Positions 14,499-26,527 of a stretch of DNA of 64,000 bases are shown here, one piece after another. Within the stretch, counting starts at the first letter, position 1; each line of letters begins with the position of its first letter. The notes under the pieces are model-generated. The model saw only the letters and a list, made by a program, of their open reading frames with translations, made no database searches and was not told the DNA's origin. Both the position numbers and the translations under genes were made by a program. The stretch is from Mobula hypostoma. Its lineage: Eukaryota. The stretch covers positions 29,390,001-29,454,000 of the forward strand of contig NC_086118.1 of assembly GCF_963921235.1 (NCBI RefSeq), in the 5' to 3' direction.

Positions 14499-16500
14499 AA
14501 TGACAACTACTCCCCTCCAAGATCTGACAAATAAAAGTTAAAAATTCAAAGTTTAAACTGGGGAAAAGGAGGAATTGAAGGCAGCCACAAAATTTGTGTG
14601 TTACTCCATTGAGCTGCAGGCAGAAGTCCCCCTTCTTAGCCTTCTGCCTAGCTCTCTAAATTCTCTTTTCAGGACCTCTTTGCTTTTCCTTCCTATGTCA
14701 ATGGTACCAATATGTTCTAGAACATCTGGCTGCTCTCTCTCCCTCTCCAAAACGCTGTGGCCATGATCCAAAGCGTCCCTGACCCTGGCACCTGCGAGGC
14801 AACATACCATTTGGGTGTCCCATTCACGTCCGCAAAATCTCGTCTGTTCCCCTGACTGATAAATCCCCTATCACTACCACTCCCTTCTTCTCCCTCTTTC
14901 CCTTCTGCACCACGAACCCATTCTCAGTGCCAATAACCTGGTCTCCATGGCACTCCCCTGGCAGGTCATCCCCTACAACAGTATCCAAAATGGTATACTT
15001 ATCTTTGAGGGGAATGGCCACAGGGATGCTCTGCGCTAACTGCCCATTCACATTTCTCATTTCTCCTGACAGTCACACAGCTACTCGTCTCCTGCAACTT
15101 TGAGGTGACTACTTCTCTGTAACTCTGATCGATTATCTCCTCACTCCCCCCGTACAAGCTGAAGGTCATCCAGCTGCTGCTCCAGATCCCTTACGTGCTC
15201 TTCACGAGCTGCTGCTGGATGCACTTCACACAGATGTGGTTCCCTGGGAAACTCTGGGACTCACAGGATACCAACATCCAGCATGAAGAATACAAAATAG
15301 GCGCAGCAAGAGGGGAGAAAAAAGGAACCTTAACAGAAACTTACTCAGAGCCAACGCCTCTTCCTAGCCAAAGCCTGACACTCCTACTCTTAACACTGGC
15401 CTACTCTCATCAATAGCTGCCCTGCTTGTCCCTTCTGTACTTCTAAACAAGCATTGCTGACCAATGAGAAGCTTTGTCACTGTGGCCTGCTCCTGCCGCT
15501 GGTTGGGCCGCCAGAGTGAGCCCAAGTGCCTGAGAAGGTCTCCTTTTAATCAAGTGCCACTGACCTGCGAGAAACTTCATCACTGTGGCCTGCTCCTGCC
15601 GATGATGGGGCTGCCGGAACATTAACCCAACAGGTCTCTCCAATGAAAGGTTTTCTTTCTCTTTTGTTTTAAAAGACCGTGTGATCGTAATGGCATCACT
15701 TTCTAAAGGCAAAATTCCAGACATTTAAATAAAATTATGATCAACACCTCTGAAATTTTCCCACATGATCTTTATTGCCGTAAAATGGAAAACATTATGC
15801 TATTGTTCACCTTAAATCACGTTGTGTTCTCCATCACCACTCCTATAAATGTAAAATATACTGGTTAAAGGCTGTGGGATAATATGAAAATGGTTGATTT
15901 TATAAATGAATACTTGCAGTAATTTTCAAAGTAGAAGAAATTCCAGGAAGGTACTTTAACATCACACAAGATTCTCCAAATAGAAGTATTATTCCAGAGC
16001 TGCCAATCAGCTTACATTTACTCTTATCATTCTAAGGAAATGGAAATTGTTCTCTTTTGAAGTGGAAAGGTAAGGGGGTTTCCTGTTGATAGAATATATT
16101 GGGAGAACTGGGAGAAGGATGGACAATTTGGTGATGGGGGTGGGGAGGGAGATGTGGGACAGCGTGGAAATCCTTTAAACACAGCAATTTGCTTCAGAGA
16201 CAAGTTCTCAGCAGAACTTAGCAAGAACTCAGTCGAACCTAGCAAGGACAGTGGAAGCAAGTTCAACAAAAGGTAGCAGGAGAAAGTATGGAGGTTTATC
16301 AGGGGAGTCACATTAATTATTTTAAATGGTTGCGGGTTAGGGGTCAACTGGCCTCTTTTTGTCTTACACGTTTCAATAATTCACTAAGTAGGTTTATTAA
16401 AAAATTGTTAACATTAGCAAGATTTTATTCATGCTCTCTTTTTGCATTTAAATTGGATTGAACCCAATTATATTATTTAACGAAGGCCAAAGTGTACTTA

Positions 16501-16777
16501 CAGTTGAAGTCAGAAGTTTACATACACCTTAGCCAAATACATTTAAACTCAGTTTTTCACAATTCCTGACATTTAATCCAGAAAACATTCCCTGTCTTAG
16601 ATCAGTTAAGATCACTACTTTATTTTAAGAATGTGAGATGTCAGAATAATAGTAGAGAGAATGATTTATTTCAGCTTTTATTTCTTTCATCACTTTCCCA
16701 GAGAGTCAGAAGTTTACATACACTTTGTTAGTATTTGGTAACATTGCCTTTAAATTGTTTAACTTGGGTCAAACATT
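16501..16777 (-). mobile_element. Tc1-family transposon end: Sleeping Beauty/Tss1-like right IR/DR plus the last 15 codons of the transposase
   Basis: TA at 16499-16500 then cagttgaagtcagaagtttacatacacc; inner DR gtcagaagtttacatacac at about 16705-16723; minus strand 16775-16728 reads CLTQVKQFKGNVTKY*. Confidence 0.9.
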
Positions 16778-18051
16778 GGATGTAGATACATTTTAAAAAT
16801 CCCCACTTAATTGAAAGGAAATGTAGAAAGGAGTGGAATGCTTTCTGGTTGACACATGCTGAAATACAATCACAAAGTAATGACCAAACTTAATTGGAGA
16901 CTTTATGATTTTGTTTTTGCATTCTTCCCTGCTTTGCCCACATTTGTACAGCTTGTTATTTCCCCATCTGCCAGATAGATCCCCGTTCAGTAGAATAGTA
17001 GATTACTATGCAGTGGACTCAATCTTTCATCACAGCTTGGTTGTTTTTTTAAAATCAGTTCCTTGTTCCTATGGATTCCACCATACATGATAGTACTTAG
17101 CATGGGCCAAAACAGCAGACATGAGCAATATATTTGAATCTACAGGGAGCAGAGTGAATAATAACAAGTGCAGTTCGTATTAGGCAGAACCTCTGCAACT
17201 TTACTGTGGCTGAGGAATAAAGAATTATTTGGCATTATTCTGCTTACACACTGTTTTTCTTTTACATTGTGTAAACATTTCTTCAACATTCATATTGGAG
17301 CTGACAAGTGGCAAGTAACATTTGTACTGGTGCTATAACTGCTAACAAGTGCCAGACAAAAACAGTATGAAACTAAAGAAAACTCGATTCATATTCATCC
17401 TGACACTCCCAAGACCCAGGCTGAGTCAATATTGACCATAAATGTTTTCTGACCCTTCTTATAATTACCATTGTTACAAGTGCTGGCCAGAGGCTGAATG
17501 TGACCTAAATTCTGCCCACCCCTAAAAAAAAAGTTTTCCAGATTCCACAAAGCTTGTCAAAAACATAATGGAATACCCTTCAGTTGCATTGATAGATTGA
17601 GGCTCAGTAGGACCTAGGAAGGTTGGGATCAACCAGGAACAACAGACCATTTGATTGATGCCCTACTCCTCTACCTTTAACACTTACTTTGTCTACAAGA
17701 GTTCAGTTGGGCTGTATTGTGCACTCTTTATAAGATTAGCTTTGCCTCACAAGGGTAAATAACAGTGAGAAAAACTGTTGACTTCGTCAGTATTGACTGT
17801 ACTTTAATGAATAAATGAAGAAACACCCTGTGGGTGATTCTGTGAGAATAGTTTGCTGAGCCTAATGAAGAGTGACAATTACATTATCTGATAGGCAGAA
17901 TATACCGCGAGCAAGAGCTGTTTCAAATTTAGTACAAGCCTGTCACAAGTTAGCTGATCTAAGCTTTGCTCTTGGCTGGAACCTCAACACACCACAATCA
18001 GTGAGGATTGGTGGGGTGGCTGGAAGGTGGAGAGAAGGGCACATGGAGGTA

Positions 18052-18329
18052 AAGGCATCCGTTAGTCTTCACTCTCCAGGGCGCAGGCCTGGGCGAGGTT
18101 GTATGGAAGACTGGCAGTTGCCCATGCTGCGTCTCCCCTCTCCACGAGACCAATGTTGCCCAAGGGAAGGGCATTAGGACCCATACAGCTTGGCATCAGT
18201 GTCGTCGCAGAGCAATGTGTGATTAAGTGCCTTGCTCAAGGACACAACACGTTCCCTCGGCTGGGGTCGAACTCACGACCTACAGATCGCTAGTCAAATG
18301 CCTTAACCACTTGGCCACGTGCCCACGCT
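18052..18329 (-). mobile_element. tRNA-derived CORE-type SINE with RTE-like tail
   Basis: 10-bp TSD catggaggta (18042-18051 / 18330-18339); A box tggccaagtgg, B box gagttcga; CORE-like gtgtccttgagcaaggcacttaa; 3' half homologous to 45635-45775. Confidence 0.85.
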
Positions 18330-19909
18330 CATGGAGGTAGCCTTCGAGATTCATCAGCTGACCCTTGTCATCTTTCTTCATGCTGGTAGTAAAACAACTA
18401 GGCAAGAATATTGGAAGTTGTCAGCACATGTGTAACTAAACTTAGTGGAAAAAAAGAGTTCAAGCCGAGAAAGGCAAAATAAATAATAAATTGAGGAAAC
18501 TGGCTGTCCTTCAACTCTATTGTGTGCAGTGATGGTTCACAAGCAATACTCTCCGTTCATGGCAGGATGCTTGCAATGGCAAAAATGAATGCAGCCTTCC
18601 ATTCATCAGTGACAGCCTGATCAGAGTTCCTTGTTTCTCAAAACCAGATCAGTCAGGGAACATATCTACCGTATATCAAGCTTCATTATTAATGAACACC
18701 TTTGCTTCAGCATGTGTTTGTTGTCAGTGATGAAAAATTGTCCTCACCTTTTCCGCTCTTTAAATGATTACCTTTTTCCTGCTGTGCTTTGTAGCTCTCC
18801 ATCCTCTCCTGACAGACCTGGATACTTGGCCAATCAACGTTCCTGCAGGTACTGGGAATCAGAACCCTCCTCATTAGCCTGAGCAGTTACCAGGAAACAA
18901 AGACAGGACTCAAACTCTTCACCGTCTACATTCTAGCAGGAAAAGCATGTCATAAAGTCCCTTATTTTGATCAAAAAGCTTGTCAGAATTTATGCCTTTG
19001 TTGAGTTTGTCAATCAGTATAGAATTAGGTTTCATGATTGGCAGACTCAAAGGCATCTTTTCTGACAAGCTCCTTAAACAAAAAGTCTCACAGGCAACAT
19101 AACTGATGATCCATGGGTGCACAATTCTTGTGCTAACCCCTGTTGTCTTAAGTTAAGTAGCTTCAAGTTTTAATAAAGTGTGAGGTACAATCACCTGTAG
19201 GCACATCTCAGTAAATCCATGCAGTCCCTTTGGTTTAGAAAGGTAAGCTGAACTCCTTTTATCAGAGGTGTGACATTTCTTGGCTTATAGTATAAAAGCT
19301 ACACAATACAATGTAAATGTATATCAGTGGAACTAAATTCATAATGGTGTGGCTTTGCTAATCTTCTATCTGTCTCAAAAGCCTCTCAAGCCACTCCTCC
19401 TGATTTAATTACAATGTTGTGTGGTGAAATGTAGGATTCAGATTAGAGATTTTCATAAATAAATTTGCAGTGAATTTTCAATGCTGAGAAACCATGCTCT
19501 CTAAAATAACACTTCCGGCTTTTGACATTCAAAATTTACGTCCTGTGTCATTTGAAAATTGCGTGTGTTAACCCTGTTATTTCCACCCCAGTGTTGGGGT
19601 ATTGGAACATTAGTTGCCTTGAAGTCCACTTCTCTTAATGTGAAGCAATTTGCCTGTACTCGATTTCATGAGTTCTCACGATTCTGTCATGCCATCTGTA
19701 CCTTCACTCTGGGTGGAATAAAACAGAAATGGCTGTAAATTTGGGAAGGTTAATTATTACTGGCTCCACTACTTTTTAAAAACAGCAAGCAGAATGTTTG
19801 CAGACCCAGTAATGTTCCCAGAAACTCAACACAAAATGTTAGCTATTGTCTCTCTAGTCTTCTGTGGGCTTCGTACTAATCAGAATTCAGCTGGGTGGGG
19901 AACCTAACT

Positions 19910-21428
19910 GGTCCATCTCTCAGAAATTTCAGCCACTTCTGTTTTGCTGTCATCCCCGCCAGTACTCCCCTCCCCCAATCCACCCAGGCAAGCTCCTCTC
20001 TCACGCCTCTGTAATTCCCTTTATTCCACTGCAATACTGATACATATGACTTGTGCTTTTCCCTCTCAAATTGCTGTATGAATTCAATCATATTGTGATC
20101 ACTACCTCCTAAGGGTTCCTTTATGTTACGCTGACTAATAAAATCTGGGTTATTACACAACACCCAATCTAGGATAGCCTTCTCCTAGTAGCCTTGAGCA
20201 TAAGCTACCATCTTGTCGGCAGTCAACAAATTCCCTCTCTTGTGATCTGACAACAACCTGATTTTCCCAATTTCCTTGCATATTGAATTTCTCAATACAA
20301 CTGTGACATTACCCTCATTACATGCCCTTTCCAGCTCCCTTTGGAATCTCAACCCCACATCTCGGCTGCTATTTGGTGGCCTATACATGATTTCCCATAA
20401 TAGTAGTTTTTACCGTTGGAGTTTAACTCCACCCACAAAGGTTCAACAATCTCTGACTCTATGTCTCCTCTTTCCAAAGATATAATTCCATCTCTTACTA
20501 ATAGAGCCTCACAACTGCCTATGCCTTTCTGCCTGTCCTTTCAATACAAAGTATATCCTTTGATGTTAAAATCCCAACTATGACCTTCTTTCAGCCACAA
20601 CTCAGTGATGCCCACAATGTTAAATGGACCAATCTCTAATTGCACTAGGAGTTCATCCACCTTATTCTGAATGCTACATGCATTTAAATGCAGCACCTTC
20701 AGTCCTGTATTTTTCACCCTCATGAATTTTGGCTCTGTGGTACAACTTAACTCTTTGCTCTGTCTACAGTTGTACCCAATCATTGGCTTGTCCTTCCTTA
20801 CATTCATATTACATATTACACCATCTTGTAAACCTGCTGGCTCATCCTCAGCTCTATCGTACGGGTTCCCACCCCCCCCGCCATATTAGTTTAAGCCACT
20901 CCCAACAGCTCTAGTAAACCTGCCTGCAAGGATATTGATCCCCCTCGAATTCAAGTGCAACCCATCCCTTTTGTACAGATCACACCTGCCCCAGAAGATG
21001 GCCCAGTGATCCAGAAACCTGAACCCCTGCCTCCTGCTCCAGTTCTTCAGCCACGCATTCTTCATCCGCTCCCTCATTCTATTCCTATCCTCAATGTTGC
21101 ATGGCACAGGCAGCAATTCTGAGATTATTACCCTTAAGGTCCTGCTTCTCAGCTTCCTTCCTAACTCCCTGTATTCTGTTTTCAGGACCTCCTCCCCTTT
21201 TCTGCCTTTGTTGTTGGTACCACTATGTACTACAACTTCTGGCTGCTCACACTTCCTTTTTAGGATATTGTGGATGCTTTCAGAAACATTGTGTATCCTG
21301 GCATCAGGGAGGCAAACTACCATACGGGTTTCCTTTTTGCATTTACAGAATCGCCTGTCTGTCCCCCTAACTATAGAGTCCCCTATTATTGCTGCCATCC
21401 TCTTGAGTTTCCTACCCTTCTGAGCCAA
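19910..21428 (-). mobile_element. CR1 5' portion (ORF1 SGNH esterase-like and ORF2 endonuclease); RT and 3' end missing
   Basis: 20886-21428 (AIIGDSIVRGTDRRFC..RDGLHLNSRG); 20541-20807 (LNACSIQNK..ITELWL); 19876-20163 (SDHNMIEF). Confidence 0.88.
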
Positions 21429-21430
21429 AT

Positions 21431-21983
21431 ACCTAATCAGCCAATCACGTAGTAGTAACTCAAAGCATAAAAGTATACAGACACGGTCAAGAGATTCAGG
21501 TGTTGTTCTGATAAAGCATCAGAAAGGGAAAGGAATGTAATCTGTGATCTTGACCATGGAATGATTGTTGGTGTCAGACAGGGTGGTCGGAGTATCTCAG
21601 AAACTGCTGTTCTCCGAGGTTTTTCGTGCACAACAGCCTCTAGAGCAAGGTTTCCCATCCTAGGGTCCATGCCATATAATGGTTAGGAATCCCTGCTCTA
21701 GAGTTTACAAAGAATGTTGCATTGAGTGGCGGTTCTGCGGGCAAAAACACCTTGTTAGTGAGAGAGGTCAGAGGAGAATGGCCAGACTGGCAAAAGCTGA
21801 CAGGCAGGTGACAATAACTCAGATAATCATGATTTGCAACAGTGCTGTGTAGAAGAGCATCTCTGAATGCACAACATGTGGAACCTTGAAGTAGATGGGC
21901 TACAGCAGCAGAAGACCACGGACACACTCTCAGTGGGCACTTCATCAATTATAGGAAGTAGTTAATAAGGTGGCCACTGAGTG
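21431..21983 (+). mobile_element. Non-autonomous Tc1-like element with a transposase N-terminal HTH remnant
   Basis: Decayed DLDHGMIVGVRQGGRSISETA..GFS..SRVYKE; right TIR taataaggtggccactgagtg followed by TA. Confidence 0.75.
21646..21695. mobile_element. 50-bp hAT (Charlie-like) micro-MITE nested in the Tc1 remnant
   Basis: 8-bp TSD ctctagag (21638-21645 / 21696-21703); imperfect TIRs caaggtttcccatcc / ggttaggaatccctg. Confidence 0.8.
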
Positions 21984-22594
21984 TACATATTGCTTTTTTA
22001 AACATTAGATCAAAGTAAAATTTACTCTCATGTTGAAATGCAGTAACGAACAGTGCAATTGATTTTATTAGAGACAAGAAATATCAACAAATTGAACAGT
22101 GGTGTGTAGGAGATAAGCGACTTTATACTTAAGAAGCTCGATCGCTAAAAAGTAGTTACATTGATCTTGAAAAACAATGCAAAATTATTTTGCAAATGAT
22201 GTCTTAATTGGATGTCCTAATATTTTCTATGGTACAAGCAGAACACTGATACAACTACCATTGTCACCTTCCTTTGTGTTGTAGTTGCCTAGGTTACAGC
22301 ATCTTCAGCATCACACTGCATTCTTGTCTCAGTGACTATCTATTGCATTTATGTCAGCAGTGGTTTTCAAACACATTGTAGAATTTCATATCTAAAATAG
22401 ATAAAAGAAAATAGTACTTCCTGTGACATTGATCTCAAATTTACTGGGTAAATAATAGTATGTTAATTATGCCACAATTTGCAGTTGGGAGGAGTGAGCT
22501 GCTAATTGTTTTGAATTGCTGAGCTGTTTAAACCAGCTCAAAATCAATTCCTATTAATTTTTTTCATGTTATTTATATTTTTCTTGCAAAAGAA

Positions 22595-22880
22595 AGGGAG
22601 CTATTCAACCCACCAAGTCTTTGCCACCTTTCAGCATTCTCATTAATCCTTTCTCCCAACTTATTTCCTGGTCACCTGTGCTCTCTTCTCAGCTCCCTGC
22701 AAGTTCTCTTACCATCATCCTCCATTAAGGCCAATTTACAATAGCCAATTAACCCCTTGGAAAATTCTTAGGATGTGGAAGGAACTCACCCAGAGGAGAG
22801 TAGGCCTTCCTCCACAAGCAGCACCTGAGAAGGAGATTAAACTCATTTGCTGGAGCTGTGCTGTAACTGCTGCATCATTC
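22595..22880 (-). mobile_element. Old degraded SINE (V-SINE/HE1-like)
   Basis: Decayed ggccaattta..gccaattaacc..ggatgtggaaggaa..acccagagga motif series. Confidence 0.45.
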
Positions 22881-25558
22881 CATTGCATTTGCTAAAAAAA
22901 AAACAATGTAGAAGTTTAAGACTGGCTTTTAAAAGTGGACGGACCCATTTTATTCTGACCGGTATGTCCCTGCAGTATCACTTCTGGTAGTGAGCATCAT
23001 GGTAGTTAACATGCAATCATTCTGACTGCAATATGGAACACGGAATGCTTCTTTGATCCCAAGAAACTGTTTTGGGCATGGCATTTTGTTTGCTGTAACT
23101 GTGTGAAAGAAAGCAATTGAAATTCAAAACTTCATTTTTGCAGACAGCAAGTTTGTCCAAACCTCTAAAAACTTAAAATTCAATTCATCTTTTTACTTTC
23201 CCTTTAAACTTTTCTTCTTTTACTCTAATCTTTATTCTACTTTCTCTTTTTTTTAAAAATTTAATTCCAATTTATTCTCTTTTCATCTCCATCTCTCCCC
23301 TGTCCTTAAATCTTATTGAGGTATACTGTTGGTCCCACCATTCATGAAGATCCTAGATGTCCTGGTGCAGGAGTCACCTCATATTTTCAGTGAGTTGCAG
23401 GGCAAAGAGTGATGCTAGAGACCTGACAAATATGGGACTGGAAATCTGGGCAATTAGTGTTATTATACAAGTTCCTTTTATTATTCCATATTGTATGTTT
23501 TACACCCCTAATGGTCAATTATGCTCAACTGAATTTAAAGTAATTCATTGCAGACATAATTCTGAAATCAGGAAACTCCCTAACTCCGTTCAAAGAATAA
23601 ATGCAATCTGAGCTTATATGTCATACGTCCTCTCATTGAGGTACCCACTTATAGGAGTTCAAAGCATTCACATGTCCTTATTAGATAGAAGGTGGACGTT
23701 TTACCCATCAATAATACCCAATAAACAAAAAATGTACAGATAAATGCAAGATTATCAGTATTGCAGACTATGCATAAACATAAATAGAAGATTCAAATGC
23801 GAATAGGAATATTCAATGATACCTGCAGCTTCACAGCTGTACCATTGAGAAACTCAGAGTCCCATCAAATATCTTTCAATCCCTGCAACGTTGGAGCCTT
23901 TTTATTGTTATGTGAAATTCAAGTCTTCTACAAATTACCTACCCTTTGAAATTAATCTGCTTAAAGTTGATTGATTGATTGATTGATTTATTTATTTATT
24001 TATATTTTTAGGAGTTCCCAGGCTAGACTGTGATGATTCCTAACCAGCAGATCCATGCTGACCGGCTCCTGCCAATGTCCCAGCACACTCCTTTCCTCTA
24101 CCTAACAATGAAATGCTCTGAAGATTAGATACAGGAGAATCTCTATCCTTACTTTGTCATACTGAGACACTCTTGGTCAAGGCTGCTTCCACTAGAGTTA
24201 TTATCATCATCATCATCAGGTGCCTTGCCTAATTTGAGCTTTGACTACCATGGCCCACATACTCCTGTTTCAGGTCAAGTGGATCAATTCATTGGTATTC
24301 ATTTCCAGTTCTCTGGCTGCTGGCTCCATCATCATTTGTCTTTGTCTTCCTCTTGCTTTCTTCCCTTCAATCTTTCCCATAATTACCATGCATTTTAACT
24401 CCTCTTTCCTAATCACATGTCCAATGAAGTTACGTTGCCTTTTCATGATCTCATACATTATTTCTCTTTGAGTGTTTGCTCTGCTCATGACATCCTTGTT
24501 AGATACTCGTTTCGTCCATGATATTCTTTGCATCCTCCTCAAAAACCACATCTCTGCTGCTACAATTCATTTCCTCATGTTACTAGATATTGTCCAATAT
24601 TCTGAGCCATATAACATATCTGGATAAACGCAACATTTCAGTTCTCTGATGCAGGTTGTCATGCCTAGTTTGGTATTGGTCAGTATACTCTTCATTCTCA
24701 TAAAGGTGTTTTTTGCTATCCCTATTCTTTTGATGTCTATGTCACACTTGCCATCTGATGTCACCCACCTTTCTAAGTAGCAAAAGTTCTGTACTTGTTT
24801 TATGTCTTTCCCATTTATTCTCAGCCTGCAGGTAGGATTTTCCTTCTTACTGGATATCACCATACATCGCTTTTTTGCAATTGATAGATAGTGCAAAAAT
24901 GGGTCTTTCTTCAACAACTATATCAATTAAGTTTTGTAGTTCTTCCTCCGTACTTGCAATTTACACAGTGTCATCTGCACATCTGAAATTATTGATGTTT
25001 TCACCGCCAACTTTGATTCCCAAGATGCGTCTTACTTTTTGTAATATTGTTTCACTGTACACATTATATAAATCAGGGGAGAAAACACACCCTTGTCTAA
25101 CACCTCTTGATTTTCATAAACTGACTCACTTCTCCATCTATTCTTATAGCAGCAGTTTGTTCCCAGTACAGATTTCTGATTAGGCAGCGGTCTTTTGAAT
25201 CTAGATCTAAAGTTTTCTGTAATATTTCAAATAACTTATTGTGCTTCACTTTATCAAATGCTTTTGTGAGTGGATAAAACAAACAAACAAATCTTTTTGC
25301 ACTTGAATAGCTCGTTCGGATAATATCCTTAACATCAACATTGCATTTCTTGTACCTTTGTCTTTCACAAAACCACATTGTTCTTTACCTATTTCTGTCA
25401 CAATGGGGTGCTGGGAACAGACCCAAATGCAAGACGCAGACACTGAAGTACAAGGAACAGGACTTGACTAGAGTAGGGACGTGACAGGATTCAGGCAAGG
25501 AGCAGGGACAAGAACGCAGAGTTGGGCTAGGGAAAGCAGGACCAGGACGAGGAACCAT

Positions 25559-26040
25559 GGATCCTCGAGGCTTGGGGTCTTGGGTCTTGAGCTCGGCTTG
25601 GGATCCTTGAGGCTTCAGTTCTTGGAGCTTGGCTTGGGATTCTCGAGGCTTGGGGTCCTGGGTCTTGAGCTTGGCGTGGGATCCTCGAGGCTTGGGTTCT
25701 TGGGTCTTGAGCTTGGCTTGGGATCCTCAAGGCTTGGGTGCTTGGGTTCTTGGAGCGGATTGGGATCCTCGAGGCTTGGGGTCCTGGGTCTTGAGCTTGG
25801 CTTGGGATCCTCGAGGCTTGGGGTCTTGGAGCGGATTGGGATCCACAAGGCTTGGGGTCTTGGGTCTTGAGCTTGGCTTGGGATCCTCAAGGCTTAGAGT
25901 CTTGGGTCTTGAGCTTGGCTTGGGATCCTCGGGCCTTGAGCTTGGCTAGGGATCCTCAAGGCTTGGGTTCTTGGAGCAGATTGGGATCCTCGAGGCTTGG
26001 GTTCTTGGAGCTTGGCTTGGGATCCTCGAGGCTTGGGATC
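25559..26040. repeat. Minisatellite, ~42-bp unit (ggatcctcgaggcttggggtcttgggtcttgagcttggcttg), about 12 variable copies
   Basis: Seen directly; 14-aa periodicity in the ORF track. Confidence 0.9.
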
Positions 26041-26280
26041 TTCTTCTTGAAATGCAGAGGCTGGTAACTCAGAGACTGGAGCTGAGACACAGACTGGGAA
26101 CAGAACATCAACATAGAGCCAGGCCTTATCCTTCAACAAGCCAGGGCTCATCATTAACACAACACAAACATGAGCCAGGACAGAACATAGACATAGAACT
26201 GGGAGTTATCCTACAACAAGCCAGGACTCAACTTCATCTCCACACCAAGGTGGGACAGGTCTCTCTGTCAGGTAATGGCA

Positions 26281-26527
26281 GAACAGCCAGACTTACCCAG
26301 CAGAGGCAAGGACAAGACAAGACAGGTCCCCCTGCAGAGCAACAGCAAAACAGCCTGGCTTACCCCACAGAGGCAAGGACAAGACAAGACAGATCCCCCC
26401 CACAGGGCAATGACAAAACAGCCTGGCTTACCCCAGAGGCAGGGACAAGATAAGACAGATCCCCCTGCAGGGCCACAGCAAAACAGCCTGGCTTACCCCA
26501 CAGAGGCAAGGACAAGAAGAGACAAAC
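26281..26527. repeat. Tandem repeat, 65-68-bp unit, about 3.6 copies
   Basis: cagcc(t/a)g(g/a)cttaccc..cagaggcaaggacaag recurs at 26284, 26351, 26419 and 26484. Confidence 0.85.

Larger units (their letters stand above)
8919..14631 (-). mobile_element. Full-length (5.7 kb) L1 retrotransposon, frameshifted, nested in CR1 ORF1
   Basis: 14-bp TSD cttct(c/t)agccttct (8905-8918 / 14632-14645); G-rich 5' end ggggacttc; ORF1 and ORF2 fragments in order; A-rich tail. Confidence 0.92.
5226..15440 (-). mobile_element. Near full-length decayed CR1 LINE (ORF1 Zn-finger and SGNH esterase-like; ORF2 APE endonuclease and RT), split by three nested insertions
   Basis: ORF1 pieces 15195-15290 (ICVKCIQ), 14824-15060 (VVVIGDLSVRGTD), 14601-14810 (HIGTIDIGRK) and 8742-8904; EN 7770-8024 (YLNAHSIRNK..ITEMWL), 7361-7660 (VGDFN..SDHNM); RT 6461-6694 (NYRPISLTS); C-terminus 5854-6219; (cataagac) tail at 5226; RT core deleted near 6240. 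Confidence 0.9.

Noticed and set aside
18255..18326. tRNA gene
   Set aside because: Stems are broken and it continues into a SINE body bounded by a TSD; it is a SINE head
20886..21428. 180-aa SGNH/GDSL esterase-like ORF as a host or transferred enzyme
   Set aside because: It is the standard CR1 ORF1 domain, followed directly by CR1 ORF2 endonuclease remnants
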